Shown: positions 8,972 through 20,374, numbered from the stretch's first letter. The stretch: 64,000 nt of DNA from Vicinamibacterales bacterium (GCA_036381155.1 DASVDJ010000196.1:52823-116822); one strand, 5' to 3'. A program made the numbers and translations. Notes: generated from the sequence alone by a model not told the origin.

Positions 8972-11900
8972 TCACCGCCGCGGCGCGGCGCCGGAATCGG
9001 TGACGTCGATCTGCAGCCGCCCCACCAGCTTCGCGAGTCCCTGACGCGAGAGCCCGAGCGCCTCGGCGGCGCGGCCGCGATGGCCGCCGGCCCGGGCCAG
9101 CGCGGCGCGTACCGCCTGCGCATCGGCGCGTCGCCGCGTCTCCTCCAGCGTCTCTCCGCCCATCGCGGCAGGCGCGCGCACGGCGGGCGGCAACGCCGCG
9201 GGGCCGACCACCCCACGCCGCGGCGCATGCACCGCCAGCGCCGCGAGCACGTTCTGCAGCTCGCGGACGTTTCCGGGCCATCGATAGCGCGTCAGGCACT
9301 CGACGAGCGCCCGCGACAGCGTCGCGCGGCTGTCGACGCGCTCCAGCGCACGCAACCAGAAGTGGCGCGCCAGCAGCGGAATGTCTTCCGGGCGTTCGCG
9401 CAGCGGCGGCACGTCGATGTGGACGACGTCGAGACGGTAGCGGAGGTCGGCGCGGAAGGCGCCGGAGGCGGCGGCCTCGGCGAGCGGACGGTTCGTGGCC
9501 GCGACGATCCGGACGTCCACGCGCCGCGGGCGTGTCTCCCCCAGCCGCCGGACCTCGCCCTCCTGAATCGCCCGCAGCAGCTTGGCCTGTGCGCGCGGGC
9601 TCAGCTCGCCGACTTCATCCAGGAACAGCGTGCCGCCGTCGGCTTCCTCGAACAGACCGGCACGCTCGCCGACAGCCCCGGTGAACGCGCCGCGCGCGTG
9701 GCCGAACAGCTCCGCCTCGCACAGCTCGTCGGTCAACGCCGCGCAGTTGATCGCGCAGAACGCCCGTCCGCGCCGTGGCCCGAGCCGGTGCACCTCCCGG
9801 GCCACGAGCTCCTTGCCGCTGCCGCTCTCCCCTTCGACGAGCACGGTGAACGGCACCCGCGCGGCCGCGGCGACGGCACGACGCAAGGCCTCGATGGCCG
9901 GGCTGATGCCCAGCAGCGCCGACTCGAAGCCTGGCGGCGCCGCCGGCGCGCGCAGCTCGAGCGCCAGCCGCACGTGCGGCGCCAGCGCGGTCGCGGCCGC
10001 CTCCATCCAGACGACGAGCGGCGAGGGCGGCTGGGCGTCGGGCAGGCGCCAGCCGATCGCGAGCGCGCCGATCACCTCGCCGGCCATGACCACCGGCACG
10101 GCGCAGGCCGGCTCGCCGGGCGACGGACGCACGCCCTGGCGCAGCTCCAGAGCGCGCCGCGCGATCTCGCGCAGATCCCCCTGCCCTGCCGCCGCCAAGA
10201 CCGGCAAGTCCGCCCCGGCGCCGGCCACCAGCACCGCGGAGGCCCCGAAGTGATCGCGCAGCCGGAGTGCGGCCTTCTCCAGCGCGTCCCGCGGCGCCTC
10301 GCACTCCTGGCAGATCCGCAGGAGCGCGACGATCTCGTCGAGCATGATGGCGGTCTCCTTGCGAGATGGCGGCCAGGGCGACAGCGCGGCGCCGGGTCCG
10401 AGCGCCCGCGCGCCCGTCACCGAGACGACGCGGTTGAGCTCTGAGGGGAGGGCGGCGGGGCCGGTGTCGCGCGCGGCGTCGAGCGCGAGCACGAGCCGCG
10501 CGCGGGCTCTGACGAGGCGCGGCTGTCCGCGCCGCGCCAGCGTACGCGCGCGGTCGCGTGCCGCATCGGGCAATGGCGCCCCGTGCCGGACGAGCCCTTC
10601 CATCGGCAGCAGCCGCAGGTCGTCCGCGATCGCCGGTTCCGCATCCGTGCCCTCCGGTGCGCTCCCTTCCAGGGCGGCGTGCAGGCGATCGAGCCGGCTC
10701 GTCGCGACGTCCAGACGGAGACGCGCGACGCACAAGCGGATGGCGACTGCCGAATCGCCCGCAGCCTCACGCTCGGCGGCCGCCAGATCGCGGGCCGCGC
10801 CGTCGTAGTCGCGCACGGCGAGGCGAGCCCACACGCGAGCGACGCGAACCGGCGCCGCGTCCGCCTGGGCATCGCTCTCGCCCAGCGCGTCGACCGGCCG
10901 TCCCTGCCAGCACAGACACGCGACGAGGTCGTGCAGCAGCAGGTCGTCGACCGCAGGTCTGGTCGATCCGATCGCCGCGATCGAGGCGCGAAGCGCGCGC
11001 AGCAGGCGCTCGCCCTCGCGCAGCGCCGCCTGACGGATCCACTCGCCTGCCAGCAGGCGTCCCGGCTCGACGAGCAGCGGGACCGATGGTCCGGACGCGG
11101 CCGTCAGCGCGGCGTCCCAGCACCGCGCCGAGCACGGCAGGTCACCGCGTCGCGCAGCGAGCCGGGCCGCTTCGACGAGCAGGCGGGCCTGCTCGCTGTC
11201 ACGGCCACGGCGTCCGGCCGTGCCGGCCGCGCGCCGGACCACACGCATGGCGGCGGCCGCGCGGCCTCGTGCAGCCAGCGCCCGTGCCCGCACGACGGCC
11301 TGCGCCGCCCCGGCGTCCGGTTCCGTCTCTGCGGAGCGCGCGCGCCCATCGGACGCCGACTCGAACGCGGCGTGCCGTTCGTGCACCATCGGCGGGCGCC
11401 GCGGCATCGCGGCCAGCCGCGCAACCGCGTTGACGAACGCGCCCGGCGCACCGCCATGCGCGGTACGCGCGGCCGCAGCACGCACCCAGTCGAACCGTCG
11501 TCCTGGCGGCAGTCTCACGGCTGCGGCGAGCACGTCCGGCTCGATCGGATCGACGACGAACTCCCCCTGCACCGGGCGCCGATCGCGGACGACATCCAGC
11601 AGCACGATCGCGGGGCTGTCGGCGCCGCCGAGCCGGACGAGGAGCCGCGCGAGTGCCTGCCGTTCGCTCACGGCCCACGCCGGCGTCTCGCGGAGCACGA
11701 GCAGCCGGTGTCCGCCGAGCAGCGACAGCCACGAGGTGGGTCGCCCCTCCCGGTCCAGTCCTCGCGCGTCGAGCATCGGCGCGGACACCGGCGCGAACCC
11801 GCGCAGGCGCGCCTCACGCGCGAGCCGACGCCACGACGTGCGCCACCCGCATCCGGGCGGCGCATCCACCCGCCAGACCCGCGGTCCGACGCCGAGCGGC

Positions 11901-12475
11901 TCGTCGAGACACGCGAGCAGCCGGCCCTCGATCGCCCGCGGCACCAGCTGCATGCCGAACGCCGTCGCGCGTGCAGACCACGGCGCTCGCGCTCCGGCGT
12001 CCGGACTTCTCGCGCGGCTGCCGGCATCCGGCACCGGCATGGCGGCGCCCCCGAGCGCCGGCAGCAGCTCGATCCCGCACGTGAGGCCCTCGCCCCCCAG
12101 AAACGCATCGACCACTCCGCCGACATCGATCGCCTGCCGTCCGCCGCCTTTCACCGGCACGGTCGCGTACGCATCGAACCACTCGTCGTCCGTGATCCAG
12201 CCGAAGTCGAGGGCCGACGCGAGATACGGATGCCAGAGGTGCCACAGTCTGGCGGCCTGCTCGGGCCACGCGGCCGCCGCGACCTCCGTGGCGGCACGGC
12301 GGATCACCAATGCGGTGCTGCCGGTCGCGAGGTCCTGCCAGGTGCCGTCGGCGCGCGGCGCGAAGCGCAGGGCGAGCAGCGGAACCGGCGGAGCCATGCC
12401 GCGCGGCCGTGCAAGAAGCGGGACAGCATGTGTGGCGAATCGGTGCGCGCTGCACGCCGCGGACGCAAGCCGCAT
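8972..12475 (-). CDS. Very large sigma-54-dependent transcriptional activator (bEBP): long N-terminal region + GAF + AAA+ (GAFTGA) + HTH
   Basis: C-terminal third: [19 protein letters not shown] (Walker A), [10 protein letters not shown] (GAFTGA at 9674-9691), [23 protein letters not shown], and [20 protein letters not shown]. The start is uncertain (12475 or 12397). The track ORF start at 12688 would overlap aroC. Confidence 0.85.
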   Translation of the reverse strand: MRLASAACSAHRFATHAVPLLARPRGMAPPVPLLALRFAPRADGTWQDLATGSTALVIRRAATEVAAAAWPEQAARLWHLWHPYLASALDFGWITDDEWFDAYATVPVKGGGRQAIDVGGVVDAFLGGEGLTCGIELLPALGGAAMPVPDAGSRARSPDAGARAPWSARATAFGMQLVPRAIEGRLLACLDEPLGVGPRVWRVDAPPGCGWRTSWRRLAREARLRGFAPVSAPMLDARGLDREGRPTSWLSLLGGHRLLVLRETPAWAVSERQALARLLVRLGGADSPAIVLLDVVRDRRPVQGEFVVDPIEPDVLAAAVRLPPGRRFDWVRAAAARTAHGGAPGAFVNAVARLAAMPRRPPMVHERHAAFESASDGRARSAETEPDAGAAQAVVRARALAARGRAAAAMRVVRRAAGTAGRRGRDSEQARLLVEAARLAARRGDLPCSARCWDAALTAASGPSVPLLVEPGRLLAGEWIRQAALREGERLLRALRASIAAIGSTRPAVDDLLLHDLVACLCWQGRPVDALGESDAQADAAPVRVARVWARLAVRDYDGAARDLAAAEREAAGDSAVAIRLCVARLRLDVATSRLDRLHAALEGSAPEGTDAEPAIADDLRLLPMEGLVRHGAPLPDAARDRARTLARRGQPRLVRARARLVLALDAARDTGPAALPSELNRVVSVTGARALGPGAALSPWPPSRKETAIMLDEIVALLRICQECEAPRDALEKAALRLRDHFGASAVLVAGAGADLPVLAAAGQGDLREIARRALELRQGVRPSPGEPACAVPVVMAGEVIGALAIGWRLPDAQPPSPLVVWMEAAATALAPHVRLALELRAPAAPPGFESALLGISPAIEALRRAVAAAARVPFTVLVEGESGSGKELVAREVHRLGPRRGRAFCAINCAALTDELCEAELFGHARGAFTGAVGERAGLFEEADGGTLFLDEVGELSPRAQAKLLRAIQEGEVRRLGETRPRRVDVRIVAATNRPLAEAAASGAFRADLRYRLDVVHIDVPPLRERPEDIPLLARHFWLRALERVDSRATLSRALVECLTRYRWPGNVRELQNVLAALAVHAPRRGVVGPAALPPAVRAPAAMGGETLEETRRRADAQAVRAALARAGGHRGRAAEALGLSRQGLAKLVGRLQIDVTDSGAAPRR

Positions 12476-12573
12476 GACCGGCGGAACTTGCGGCGCAGCT
12501 GCGGTGCCGGTGCGAGCGCGAGCGTGCCGCGCACACCCGGCCGTGCGCACCGGCCGTCGCAGAAAGTTCGTTA

Positions 12574-12579
12574 TAGAAT
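12574..12579 (+). promoter_or_regulatory. -10 box (TATAGAAT region) 8 nt upstream of the aroC ATG
   Basis: gttATAGAATgcgctgatATG; AT-rich island. The predicted TSS is at or next to the start codon. Confidence 0.35.
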
Positions 12580-12587
12580 GCGCTGAT

Positions 12588-13820
12588 ATGCTGCGCTTTC
12601 TCACCGCCGGCGAGTCGCACGGGCAGGGCCTCGTCGCGCTGCTCGAGGGCATGCCGGCGGGACTGCGCGTCGACCTCGACGCCATCACGACGCAGTTGCG
12701 TCGCCGTCAGGGCGGCTACGGCCGCGGGCGACGGATGGCCATCGAGTCGGACCGCGCGCAGATCCTCTCCGGCGTGCGCCGCGGCGTGACGACCGGCGCG
12801 CCAATCGCGCTGCTCATCCCCAACAAGGACTGGCAGAACTGGCAGAAGACGATGCACGTCGAGCCGGAGATGCCGGCGGACGCGACCGGCGCCAACCGGG
12901 CGCCAGTCACGCGGCCCCGTCCCGGTCATGCCGACCTCGCCGGCGCGATCAAGTACGGCCACGACGACATCCGCGACGTTCTCGAGCGCGCCAGCGCGCG
13001 CGAGACGGCGGCCCGCGTGGCGCTCGGCGCGCTCGCGCGCCAGCTGCTGGCGCGGTTCGGCATCGAGATTCTCAGCCACGTGACCACGATCGGCGGCGTC
13101 TCCGTCGATGATCCGCTCGCGATCAGCGTCGAGCAGGTGCGCGCGATTCCAGACGACTCGCCGTTGCATTGCGCGGACCCGGAGGCCGAGCGCCGGATGG
13201 TGGCCGCCATCGATCAGGCGCGCGAGGCGGGCGACACGCTCGGCGGCGCCTTCGAGGTCATCGTCTGCGGCGTGCCGGTCGGCCTGGGCAGTTACGTGCA
13301 ATGGGATCGCAAGCTCGACGGCCGCCTGGCGCAGGCGCTGATGTCGATCCCCGCGATCAAGGCCGTGGGCATCGGACGCGGGCCCGAGGTCGCGCGGCTG
13401 CCCGGCTCGCGGATCCACGACGAGATCGTCCCGCGGAGCGGGAGCGGGACCGGCCATCCGGCGGTCGCCCTCGACCGGCTGACGAACAATGCCGGCGGTC
13501 TCGAAGGCGGGGTCACCAACGGCGAGCAGATCCGCGTCACCGGCTACATGAAGCCGATCGCGACGCTGATGAAGCCGCTGCGCTCCGTCGATCTCACCAC
13601 GCTGGAGCCGTCCCCCGCGGCCATCGAACGCAGCGACGTCTGCGCCGTGACGGCAGCGGCGGTGGTCGGCGAGGCCATGGCCGCCCTGGTCCTGGCCGAC
13701 GCGTTCGTGGAGAAGTTCGGCGGCGATTCGGTCGACGAGATCGCGCGCGCGGTCGAGAGCACCAACGCCGCGGTGGGTGCGCGCTTCGACGCCGTCCGCG
13801 GCACGACCACCCGCGCCTGA
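12588..13820 (+). CDS. aroC: Chorismate synthase
   Basis: [26 protein letters not shown]...[12 protein letters not shown]...RPGHADLAG: canonical AroC motifs. Confidence 0.95.
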   Translation: MLRFLTAGESHGQGLVALLEGMPAGLRVDLDAITTQLRRRQGGYGRGRRMAIESDRAQILSGVRRGVTTGAPIALLIPNKDWQNWQKTMHVEPEMPADATGANRAPVTRPRPGHADLAGAIKYGHDDIRDVLERASARETAARVALGALARQLLARFGIEILSHVTTIGGVSVDDPLAISVEQVRAIPDDSPLHCADPEAERRMVAAIDQAREAGDTLGGAFEVIVCGVPVGLGSYVQWDRKLDGRLAQALMSIPAIKAVGIGRGPEVARLPGSRIHDEIVPRSGSGTGHPAVALDRLTNNAGGLEGGVTNGEQIRVTGYMKPIATLMKPLRSVDLTTLEPSPAAIERSDVCAVTAAAVVGEAMAALVLADAFVEKFGGDSVDEIARAVESTNAAVGARFDAVRGTTTRA

Positions 13821-13843
13821 GCCGTGCGGCGCCGCCCGACCGC

Positions 13844-14347
13844 ATGACCCGGCCGCTCATTCCCTACGGCCATGCCGTCCTGCGCCGTCCCGCATCGCCG
13901 GTGGACGCCATCACTCCCGAGATCCAGGCGCTCATCGACGCGATGATCGAGACGATGCACGCGGCGCCGGGCGTGGGGCTGGCCGCTCCGCAGGTCGGCA
14001 TCCCGCTCCGCCTGTTCGTCATCGACCTGAGCGTGGGGCGGGATCCGGAGGCCGTGCACGTGTGCATCAACCCGTCGTTCGTCGCGCGTGAGGGCATCCA
14101 GTTCGAGGAGGAGGGCTGCCTCAGCCTTCCGGGGTTCACCGCCTCGGTCGTCCGGCCGGCGCGCGCGGTCGTGCAGGCCCTCGATCGGGACGGACGCTCG
14201 CGCGTGATCGAGGGACGCGGCCTGCTCGCACGCGCGCTGCAGCACGAGATGGATCACCTCGAAGGGTTGCTGTTCGTCGACCGGATCCGGCCGCTGCTCC
14301 GGCGCGACATCCTCCGCCGCTTCGCGGCCACGCGACAGACCGCCTGA
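13844..14347 (+). CDS. def: Peptide deformylase
   Basis: GVGLAAPQVG, EEGCLSLPG and QHEMDHLEG motifs. Confidence 0.95.
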   Translation: MTRPLIPYGHAVLRRPASPVDAITPEIQALIDAMIETMHAAPGVGLAAPQVGIPLRLFVIDLSVGRDPEAVHVCINPSFVAREGIQFEEEGCLSLPGFTASVVRPARAVVQALDRDGRSRVIEGRGLLARALQHEMDHLEGLLFVDRIRPLLRRDILRRFAATRQTA

Positions 14348-15300
14348 TGGCGAGACATGCTCCCCTGCGAATCGTGTTCTTCGGCACGCCGGCGTTCGCG
14401 GTGCCGACGCTCGAGGCGCTCATCGAGTCCCGGCACCCCGTGGTCGGCGTCGTCACGCAGCCGGACCGGCCGCGCGGGCGCGGGCAGCGCGTGACCTTCG
14501 GGCCGGTGAAGACGCTCGCGCTGACGCATGCGATTCCGGTCCTGCAGCCGGAGCGCCTCCGCGACGAGACCTTCCTGAGCGCCCTGCGCGCCTTCGACGC
14601 CGACCTCGGCGTCGTCGCGGCGTACGGCCGGATCCTCCCCGATGCCGTGCTGGCCACGCCGCGCCTCGGGATGATCAACGTCCATGCCTCGCTGCTTCCG
14701 CGGTGGCGCGGCGCGGCGCCGATTCATCGCGCGCTGCTCGCCGGAGACACGGAGACCGGCGTGACCATCATGCGGGTCGTCCGCGAGCTGGACGCCGGGC
14801 CGATGCTCGCGCAGGCGAAGACGCCGATTGCACCCGACACGACCACCGGCGAGCTCGCGGCGGTGCTCGCACGGATGGGCGCCGAGCTCCTCGTGGAGGT
14901 CGTCGATCGGCTGGCCGAAGGACCGGTCCATGAGGAGCCGCAGCCACCGGGCGGCATCACATACGCCGACCGGATCACCAAGGACGACTCCCCCATCTTC
15001 TGGTGGCGCCCGGCCAGCGAGATCTACAACCAGGTGCGCGCGCTGAATCCGTGGCCGCTCGCCTCGACGTCGCTCGACGGTGAGCGGCTGCTCGTCGTGC
15101 GCGCTGAGCAGGGCACCGAGGCGGCGCCGCCGGGGGCGTTGCCCGGGACCGTGCTCGAAGCCTCGGGCGACCGGCTCGTCGTCGCGGCCGGGCACGGCAC
15201 GATCCGGCTGGTCGAGGTCAAGCCGGAAGGGCGCCGCGCGATGCCCGTCCGCGACTTCCTCGCGGGCCACCGGATTCAACCCGGCGCGCGACTGGGATGA
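14347..15300 (+). CDS. fmt: Methionyl-tRNA formyltransferase
   Basis: LRIVFFGTPAFAVPTLEAL...VVTQPDRPRGRGQ...NVHASLLPRWRGAAPI. Confidence 0.95.
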   Translation: MARHAPLRIVFFGTPAFAVPTLEALIESRHPVVGVVTQPDRPRGRGQRVTFGPVKTLALTHAIPVLQPERLRDETFLSALRAFDADLGVVAAYGRILPDAVLATPRLGMINVHASLLPRWRGAAPIHRALLAGDTETGVTIMRVVRELDAGPMLAQAKTPIAPDTTTGELAAVLARMGAELLVEVVDRLAEGPVHEEPQPPGGITYADRITKDDSPIFWWRPASEIYNQVRALNPWPLASTSLDGERLLVVRAEQGTEAAPPGALPGTVLEASGDRLVVAAGHGTIRLVEVKPEGRRAMPVRDFLAGHRIQPGARLG

Positions 15301-16703
15301 TCGCGCCGGCACGGCGGGCTGCGCTGGCCGCCCTGACGGCACTGGAACGCGGCACCGATCTGCCGGCTGCGCTGGCGCGCACCCGCGACGACCTGGCCGA
15401 CGAGCGCGATCGCGCCCTGGCCGCCACGATTGTGACCGGGACGCTGCGCTGGCGCGCCCGGCTCGACGCGCTCGTCCGGCAGCACGCCTCCCGCCCATTG
15501 GACGCGCTCGACCCCGAGGTCCTGCAGATCCTCCGGCTCAGCATCTTCCAGCTGCTCTTCCTCGACCGCGTCCCCGCCGCCGCAGTCGTCGACGACGCGG
15601 TGAGCCTGACGCGGGCACAGCGGAAACGGAGCGCCGGCGGGTTCGTCAATGCGGTGCTCCGCGCGGTTTCCCGCAACCGTCACCGGATCGCATGGCCGGA
15701 ACCGCCGGCGCGCATCGCCGGCGACGCGGATCGGCAGGCGGCACTCGACACGCTCTCGGTGAGCGGATCTCATCCGCGGTGGCTGATCGCGCGGTGGGTC
15801 GATCGACTCGGGCTCGAGGCGGCCCGCGCCTGGGTGGCCTTCAACAACACCGAGCCGCCGATGATCCTGCGCGCGAACCGGTCGCGGACGACGCGAGAAG
15901 AACTGGCAGCGCGGCTGCTGGAATTCGGAGTCGAGACGGAGCCTGCGACATGGGCGCCCGACGGCCTCGTCGTGCGCGCCGGCAACCCGCTGCGGACGCC
16001 GCTCGCCGACTCGGGCCTCTTCCTGGTGCAGGACGAGGCCTCGCAGATCGTGCCGCTCGCCGCCGGCGTGCGGCCCGGCATGCGCGTGCTGGACGCGTGC
16101 GCGGCGCCGGGCGGCAAGACGCTCGCTCTCGACGATGCGCTGCGGGCCGGCGCCGACAGCGGCACACCGGGACTGCTGGTCGCCGCCGATTTCCGGGAAC
16201 GCCGGCTGCGCGTGCTGCGGACCCTGCTGACGCGGCATGGATCGGGTGCGCGGCTCGTCCAACACGATCTCACCCGCGGTGTGCCGTTCGGCGACGTCTT
16301 CGATCGCGTGCTCGTCGACGCGCCCTGTACCGGGCTGGGGACCCTGCGGCGGGACGTCGACATCCGGTGGAAGCGACGCGAGGAGGACATCCACCTGGCT
16401 GCAGGGCGGCAGCGTGCGATGATCGCGCAGGCCGCGCAGGCGGTCGCACCCGGAGGACGGCTGGTCTACGCCACCTGTTCGAGCGAGCCGGAGGAGAATG
16501 ACGGGATCGTCGACGAATTCCTGGCGTCCCGGCCGGATTTCGTGCGGGTCCCCCGCGAGCGTCTGGTCGAGGACGGCGTGCCCGAGGCGCTCCTGGACGG
16601 ACTCGGCATCCTGCGCACACGCCCCGATCGGCATGGGCTCGAGCCGTTCTTTGCCGCCGCGCTCGAGCGGACCCGCCGGCGGCGGCCGACGTCCCCTGTG
16701 TAG
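15297..16703 (+). CDS. rsmB: 16S rRNA (cytosine967-C5)-methyltransferase
   Basis: NusB-like N-terminus, then VLDACAAPGGKTLAL and DRVLVDAPCTGLGTLRR, YATCS. Confidence 0.9.
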   Translation: MIAPARRAALAALTALERGTDLPAALARTRDDLADERDRALAATIVTGTLRWRARLDALVRQHASRPLDALDPEVLQILRLSIFQLLFLDRVPAAAVVDDAVSLTRAQRKRSAGGFVNAVLRAVSRNRHRIAWPEPPARIAGDADRQAALDTLSVSGSHPRWLIARWVDRLGLEAARAWVAFNNTEPPMILRANRSRTTREELAARLLEFGVETEPATWAPDGLVVRAGNPLRTPLADSGLFLVQDEASQIVPLAAGVRPGMRVLDACAAPGGKTLALDDALRAGADSGTPGLLVAADFRERRLRVLRTLLTRHGSGARLVQHDLTRGVPFGDVFDRVLVDAPCTGLGTLRRDVDIRWKRREEDIHLAAGRQRAMIAQAAQAVAPGGRLVYATCSSEPEENDGIVDEFLASRPDFVRVPRERLVEDGVPEALLDGLGILRTRPDRHGLEPFFAAALERTRRRRPTSPV

Positions 16704-16718
16704 TACACTTCGAGCCTC

Positions 16719-17441
16719 ATGGTGCTTCGCTCGCGCGTCTGGAGCGCAGGCAAGGTGCTCGCCCTCGTCGTCGCGCTCGGCGCGACGTTCCTGCTGTCGG
16801 CGTTCATCGCGGTGCGGCTCGCGGTCCGGGCCCGCGAGGTGACGGTCCCCGACCTGACGAAGAGCACGGTGAACCAGGCATCGGCGCGGCTCGAGGAGCT
16901 GGGGCTGACGCTGCGGGTGGACGAGAACCGCCGCATCGATCCCGCGGTCCCGGCCGGGCGCATCCTCCAGCAGGATCCGGCGCCGGGCACGCGCGTCCGC
17001 CGGGCGCGTTCCGTGCGCGTCTGGGTCAGCCAGGGGGAACCGACGATTGTCGTGCCCTCGCTCGTGGGCCAGACGGAGCGGACCGCGCAGATGCAGCTGC
17101 AGCAGGAAGGACTCGCGGTCGCCGCCGTGGCGGAAATCCGGTCGCACGACTACGCGACCGAAGCGGTCGTGGCGCAGGATCCGGCGCCGAACACGCGAGG
17201 GGACCGCGTTGCGCTGCTGGTGAACCGCGGCGAGCGCGCGGCGACCTATGTGATGCCGGACCTCATCGGCGCCGACGGCGAGCGCGCCGCCGAGTTCCTC
17301 CGCCGTCGCGGCTTCCGGGTCGCGGTGACCGGCACGCAGCCGTATCCGGGCGTGCCGGCCGGCATCGTGTTGCGTCAGACGCCGCAGGGCGGCTTCCAGA
17401 TCGCGCCCGGCGAGGCGATCGCCCTCGAGGTGAGCCGGTGA
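16719..17441 (+). CDS. Membrane-anchored PASTA domain protein (three PASTA-like units)
   Basis: N-terminal TM, then repeated VPDLTKSTVNQASARLEELGL / VPSLVGQTERTAQMQLQQEGL / MPDLIGADGERAAEFLRRRGF units. Confidence 0.8.
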   Translation: MVLRSRVWSAGKVLALVVALGATFLLSAFIAVRLAVRAREVTVPDLTKSTVNQASARLEELGLTLRVDENRRIDPAVPAGRILQQDPAPGTRVRRARSVRVWVSQGEPTIVVPSLVGQTERTAQMQLQQEGLAVAAVAEIRSHDYATEAVVAQDPAPNTRGDRVALLVNRGERAATYVMPDLIGADGERAAEFLRRRGFRVAVTGTQPYPGVPAGIVLRQTPQGGFQIAPGEAIALEVSR

Positions 17442-18121
17442 ACGTCCAGCTGTCCGCGTCGATTCTCTCCGCCGACTTCACGCGCCTCGGCGAGGCGGTC
17501 GCCGCCACCGAACGCGGAGGGGCCGATCAGATTCACCTGGACGTCATGGACGGCCACTTCGTCCCGAACATCACGTTCGGGCCGGGTCTGGTCGCCGCCG
17601 TACGCCGCGTCACGCGCCTGCCGCTCGACGTGCACCTGATGATCGCGGATCCGGATCGCTATCTCGACGCCTTCGTGGAGGCGGGCGCGACGACGATCTC
17701 GGTCCACGCGGAGGTCCTGCCCCATCTGCACCGGACGCTGACGCGCATCCGCGAGCTCGGATGCCGCGCGGGCGTCGCGCTCAACCCCGCCACCCCGCTG
17801 TCAGCGATCGAAGAGATCGCCGGCGAGCTCGACCAGCTGCTGATCATGTCCGTCGACCCCGGCTTCGGCGGGCAGGCCTTTATTCCCGGTATCGAGTCTA
17901 AGATCGCGAGGGCGCGCGACCTGCTCGCGCGGGCCGGGAGCCGCGCCGACATCGAGGTCGATGGGGGCATCGCGCCGCACACCGTGCGGCTGGCCGTCAA
18001 CGCCGGCGCCACCATCCTGGTCGCGGGGAACGCCGTTTTCGGGACGCCGGACGCGGAATCGGCCACGCGGGCGCTCAAGGCTCTGGCAGCCGACGCGCTG
18101 CCCACCCCGCACCGTTCCTGA
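17438..18121 (+). CDS. rpe: Ribulose-phosphate 3-epimerase
   Basis: SILSADFTRLGE...HLDVMDGHFVPNITFG...MSVDPGFGGQAF. Confidence 0.95.
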   Translation: MNVQLSASILSADFTRLGEAVAATERGGADQIHLDVMDGHFVPNITFGPGLVAAVRRVTRLPLDVHLMIADPDRYLDAFVEAGATTISVHAEVLPHLHRTLTRIRELGCRAGVALNPATPLSAIEEIAGELDQLLIMSVDPGFGGQAFIPGIESKIARARDLLARAGSRADIEVDGGIAPHTVRLAVNAGATILVAGNAVFGTPDAESATRALKALAADALPTPHRS

Positions 18122-18516
18122 TGCCGGCCGGCTGCAGCCTGATCCGCGTCCGGTACGCGGAAACGGACCAGATGGGCGTCGTCTACCACGCCAACTACCT
18201 GGTGTGGTTCGAGATCGGACGCACGGACCTCCTGCGGCAGCTCGGCTGGACGTACCGGGAAATGGAGGCCGACGGCATCCAGCTGCCCGTCATCGAGGCC
18301 CACTGTTCGTACGAGCGTCCGGCACGTTACGATGACGAGATCGAGATCCGGACGACGGGGCGGCTGGTGTCCCCGGTCCGGCTGGAGTTCGACTACGAGG
18401 CCGTCCGGCGGGCGGATGGCTGTCTCACCGCGCGGGGACGGACCATGCACGCGGCCGTGACGGCTGCGGGGCGTCCGTGCCGGCTGCCGGCGCGGATTCG
18501 CGAGCTGTTCGCATGA
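18121..18516 (+). CDS. Acyl-CoA thioesterase, 4HBT/YbgC family
   Basis: VRYAETDQMGVVYHANYLVWFEIGRTDLLRQLG: hotdog-fold thioesterase signature. Confidence 0.85.
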   Translation: MPAGCSLIRVRYAETDQMGVVYHANYLVWFEIGRTDLLRQLGWTYREMEADGIQLPVIEAHCSYERPARYDDEIEIRTTGRLVSPVRLEFDYEAVRRADGCLTARGRTMHAAVTAAGRPCRLPARIRELFA

Positions 18517-19460
18517 AGGCACTTGTCACCGGCGCGGCGGGGTTCATCGGATCGCACCTGACCGCCAGGCTGCTGCGCGGCGGCGCCGAGGTCGTCGGGA
18601 TCGACTGCTTCACGGACTACTACCCCCGTCCGATGAAGGAGACGAACCTCGGTGTGAACCGCGGGCACCCGGGCTTCCGGTTCGTCGAGGCGCGCCTGCA
18701 GGATGCCGACCTGCCCGCGCTGCTCGAGGGCGTCACCCACGTGTTCCACCTGGCGGCGCAGGCGGGGGTCCGCCGGAGCTGGGGCCGTGAATTCGCGGTC
18801 TACACGTCGCACAACATCGACGCGACGCAGCGGCTCCTCGAAGCCTGTGTTGGGCGGCCGATCCGGAAACTGGTCTACGCGTCCAGCTCCTCCGTGTACG
18901 GCGACGAGGTGAGCATCCCGATGCGGGAGGATCAGCTGCCGCGTCCGGTCTCCCCGTACGGCGTGACGAAGCTCGCCGCCGAGCACCTGTGTCACCTCTA
19001 CGCGGTGAACCACGGCGTGCCGGCGACCTCACTGCGCTACTTCACCGTCTACGGACCGCGGCAGCGGCCCGACATGGCGTTCCGGCGTTTTCTCACGGCC
19101 GCCATCGCCGGTGAGCCGTTGACGGTGTACGGCGATGGCACGCAGACCCGCGACTTCACGTTCGTCGACGACGCGGTGGCCGCGACGGTCGCCGCGGCCG
19201 AGCGTGGCGTGCCGGGGCGCGCCTACAACATCGGCGGCGGCTCGCGTGTGTCGGTCAACGACGTCCTGGCGATTGTCGAGCGCCTGGCCGGCCGGCCCCT
19301 GAAAGTGCGTCGTGAGTCCGCCCAGAAGGGGGACATGCGCGACACCTACGCTGACACCACCCTCGCGAAGACGGACCTGGGGTTCGAGCCGTCGGTGACC
19401 CTCGCAGACGGTCTGGAGGCCGAGTACCGCTGGCTGGTAGAGAGTTCAGTTCCGGCATGA
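18513..19460 (+). CDS. NAD-dependent nucleotide-sugar epimerase/dehydratase
   Basis: MKALVTGAAGFIGSHL, YGVTKLAAEHL (YxxxK). The start overlaps the upstream stop (ATGA). Confidence 0.85.
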   Translation: MKALVTGAAGFIGSHLTARLLRGGAEVVGIDCFTDYYPRPMKETNLGVNRGHPGFRFVEARLQDADLPALLEGVTHVFHLAAQAGVRRSWGREFAVYTSHNIDATQRLLEACVGRPIRKLVYASSSSVYGDEVSIPMREDQLPRPVSPYGVTKLAAEHLCHLYAVNHGVPATSLRYFTVYGPRQRPDMAFRRFLTAAIAGEPLTVYGDGTQTRDFTFVDDAVAATVAAAERGVPGRAYNIGGGSRVSVNDVLAIVERLAGRPLKVRRESAQKGDMRDTYADTTLAKTDLGFEPSVTLADGLEAEYRWLVESSVPA

Positions 19461-20365
19461 ACACACGTTCGACGTCCCGTTTCCTCGCGCTGATCCTGGC
19501 ATTTGCGGCCCTGTCGCTGGCCGCCGCGTGCGCCGGCCGGGACAACGACGTGCCCACCGGCATCAGCGAGCCCGACCGGTTCCTGTTCGAGCGCGGCGCG
19601 GAGTCGCTCAAGGAGAAGCGCTGGTTCACGGCGCGCGAGTACTACCGGCGCATCCTCGACGGCTATCCGCAGAGCCAGTACCGCGAAGAGGCGAAGCTCG
19701 GGGTCGCCGACTCGTATCTCGGCGAAGGCACCATCGAGTCGCTGCTGCTGGCGGCCAACGAGTACCGGGAGTTCCTGACGTTCTATCCGACGAGCCCGCG
19801 CGCCGACTACGCGCAGTACAAGCTGGGCATGGTGCACTTCCGGCAGATGCGCGGTCCCCAGCGGGATCAGACGGAAACGCGCGCCGCCGTCCGCGAGTTC
19901 CAGACGTTCATGGAGCGGTACCCGAACAGCCAGTACCGCGAAGAGGTCGCTCAGAAACTGCGGGAGGCGCAGGATCGCCTCAGCATGTCGGAGTACCAGG
20001 TCGGGTACTTCTACTTCCGGCAGGGCTGGAATCCCGGCGCGATCGATCGGTTCCGCTCGATCCTGAAATCCGACCCCGGGTTCTCCTATCGCGACGCGGT
20101 CTACTTCCACCTCGCCGAGGCGCTGCTGAAGCTGAAGCTGGATGCCGAGGCGCTGCCGCTGTACGAGAAGCTGCTGGCCGAGTTCGAGCGGAGCGAGTAT
20201 CTCGAGGAGGCGCGGCAGCGGGTGGTCGAACTGCGGGCGGCGCTGGAGAAGTCGGGCGCCCAGCCGCCCGCCGCGGACGGTCAGCCCAAGGCCAGCAGCC
20301 GTGCTGACGGGGAGACGTCGGCCCAGGGCAGCGGGGCTGGTACGTCCGCGTCCCGGCCCGACTGA
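19457..20365 (+). CDS. bamD: Outer membrane protein assembly factor BamD (TPR lipoprotein)
   Basis: Lipobox LSLAAAC. YPQSQYREEAKLGVADSY, FLTFYPTSPRADYAQYKLG, FMERYPNSQYREE...YQVGYFYFRQG. Confidence 0.85.
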   Translation: MNTRSTSRFLALILAFAALSLAAACAGRDNDVPTGISEPDRFLFERGAESLKEKRWFTAREYYRRILDGYPQSQYREEAKLGVADSYLGEGTIESLLLAANEYREFLTFYPTSPRADYAQYKLGMVHFRQMRGPQRDQTETRAAVREFQTFMERYPNSQYREEVAQKLREAQDRLSMSEYQVGYFYFRQGWNPGAIDRFRSILKSDPGFSYRDAVYFHLAEALLKLKLDAEALPLYEKLLAEFERSEYLEEARQRVVELRAALEKSGAQPPAADGQPKASSRADGETSAQGSGAGTSASRPD

Positions 20366-20374
20366 TCACGGGGG

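Noticed and set aside
8972-12688. The full 1238-aa track ORF as the bEBP gene.
   Set aside because: Its first 71 codons would overlap the aroC start and promoter region, and they read as low-complexity sequence. The internal ATGs at 12475 or 12397 are more plausible.
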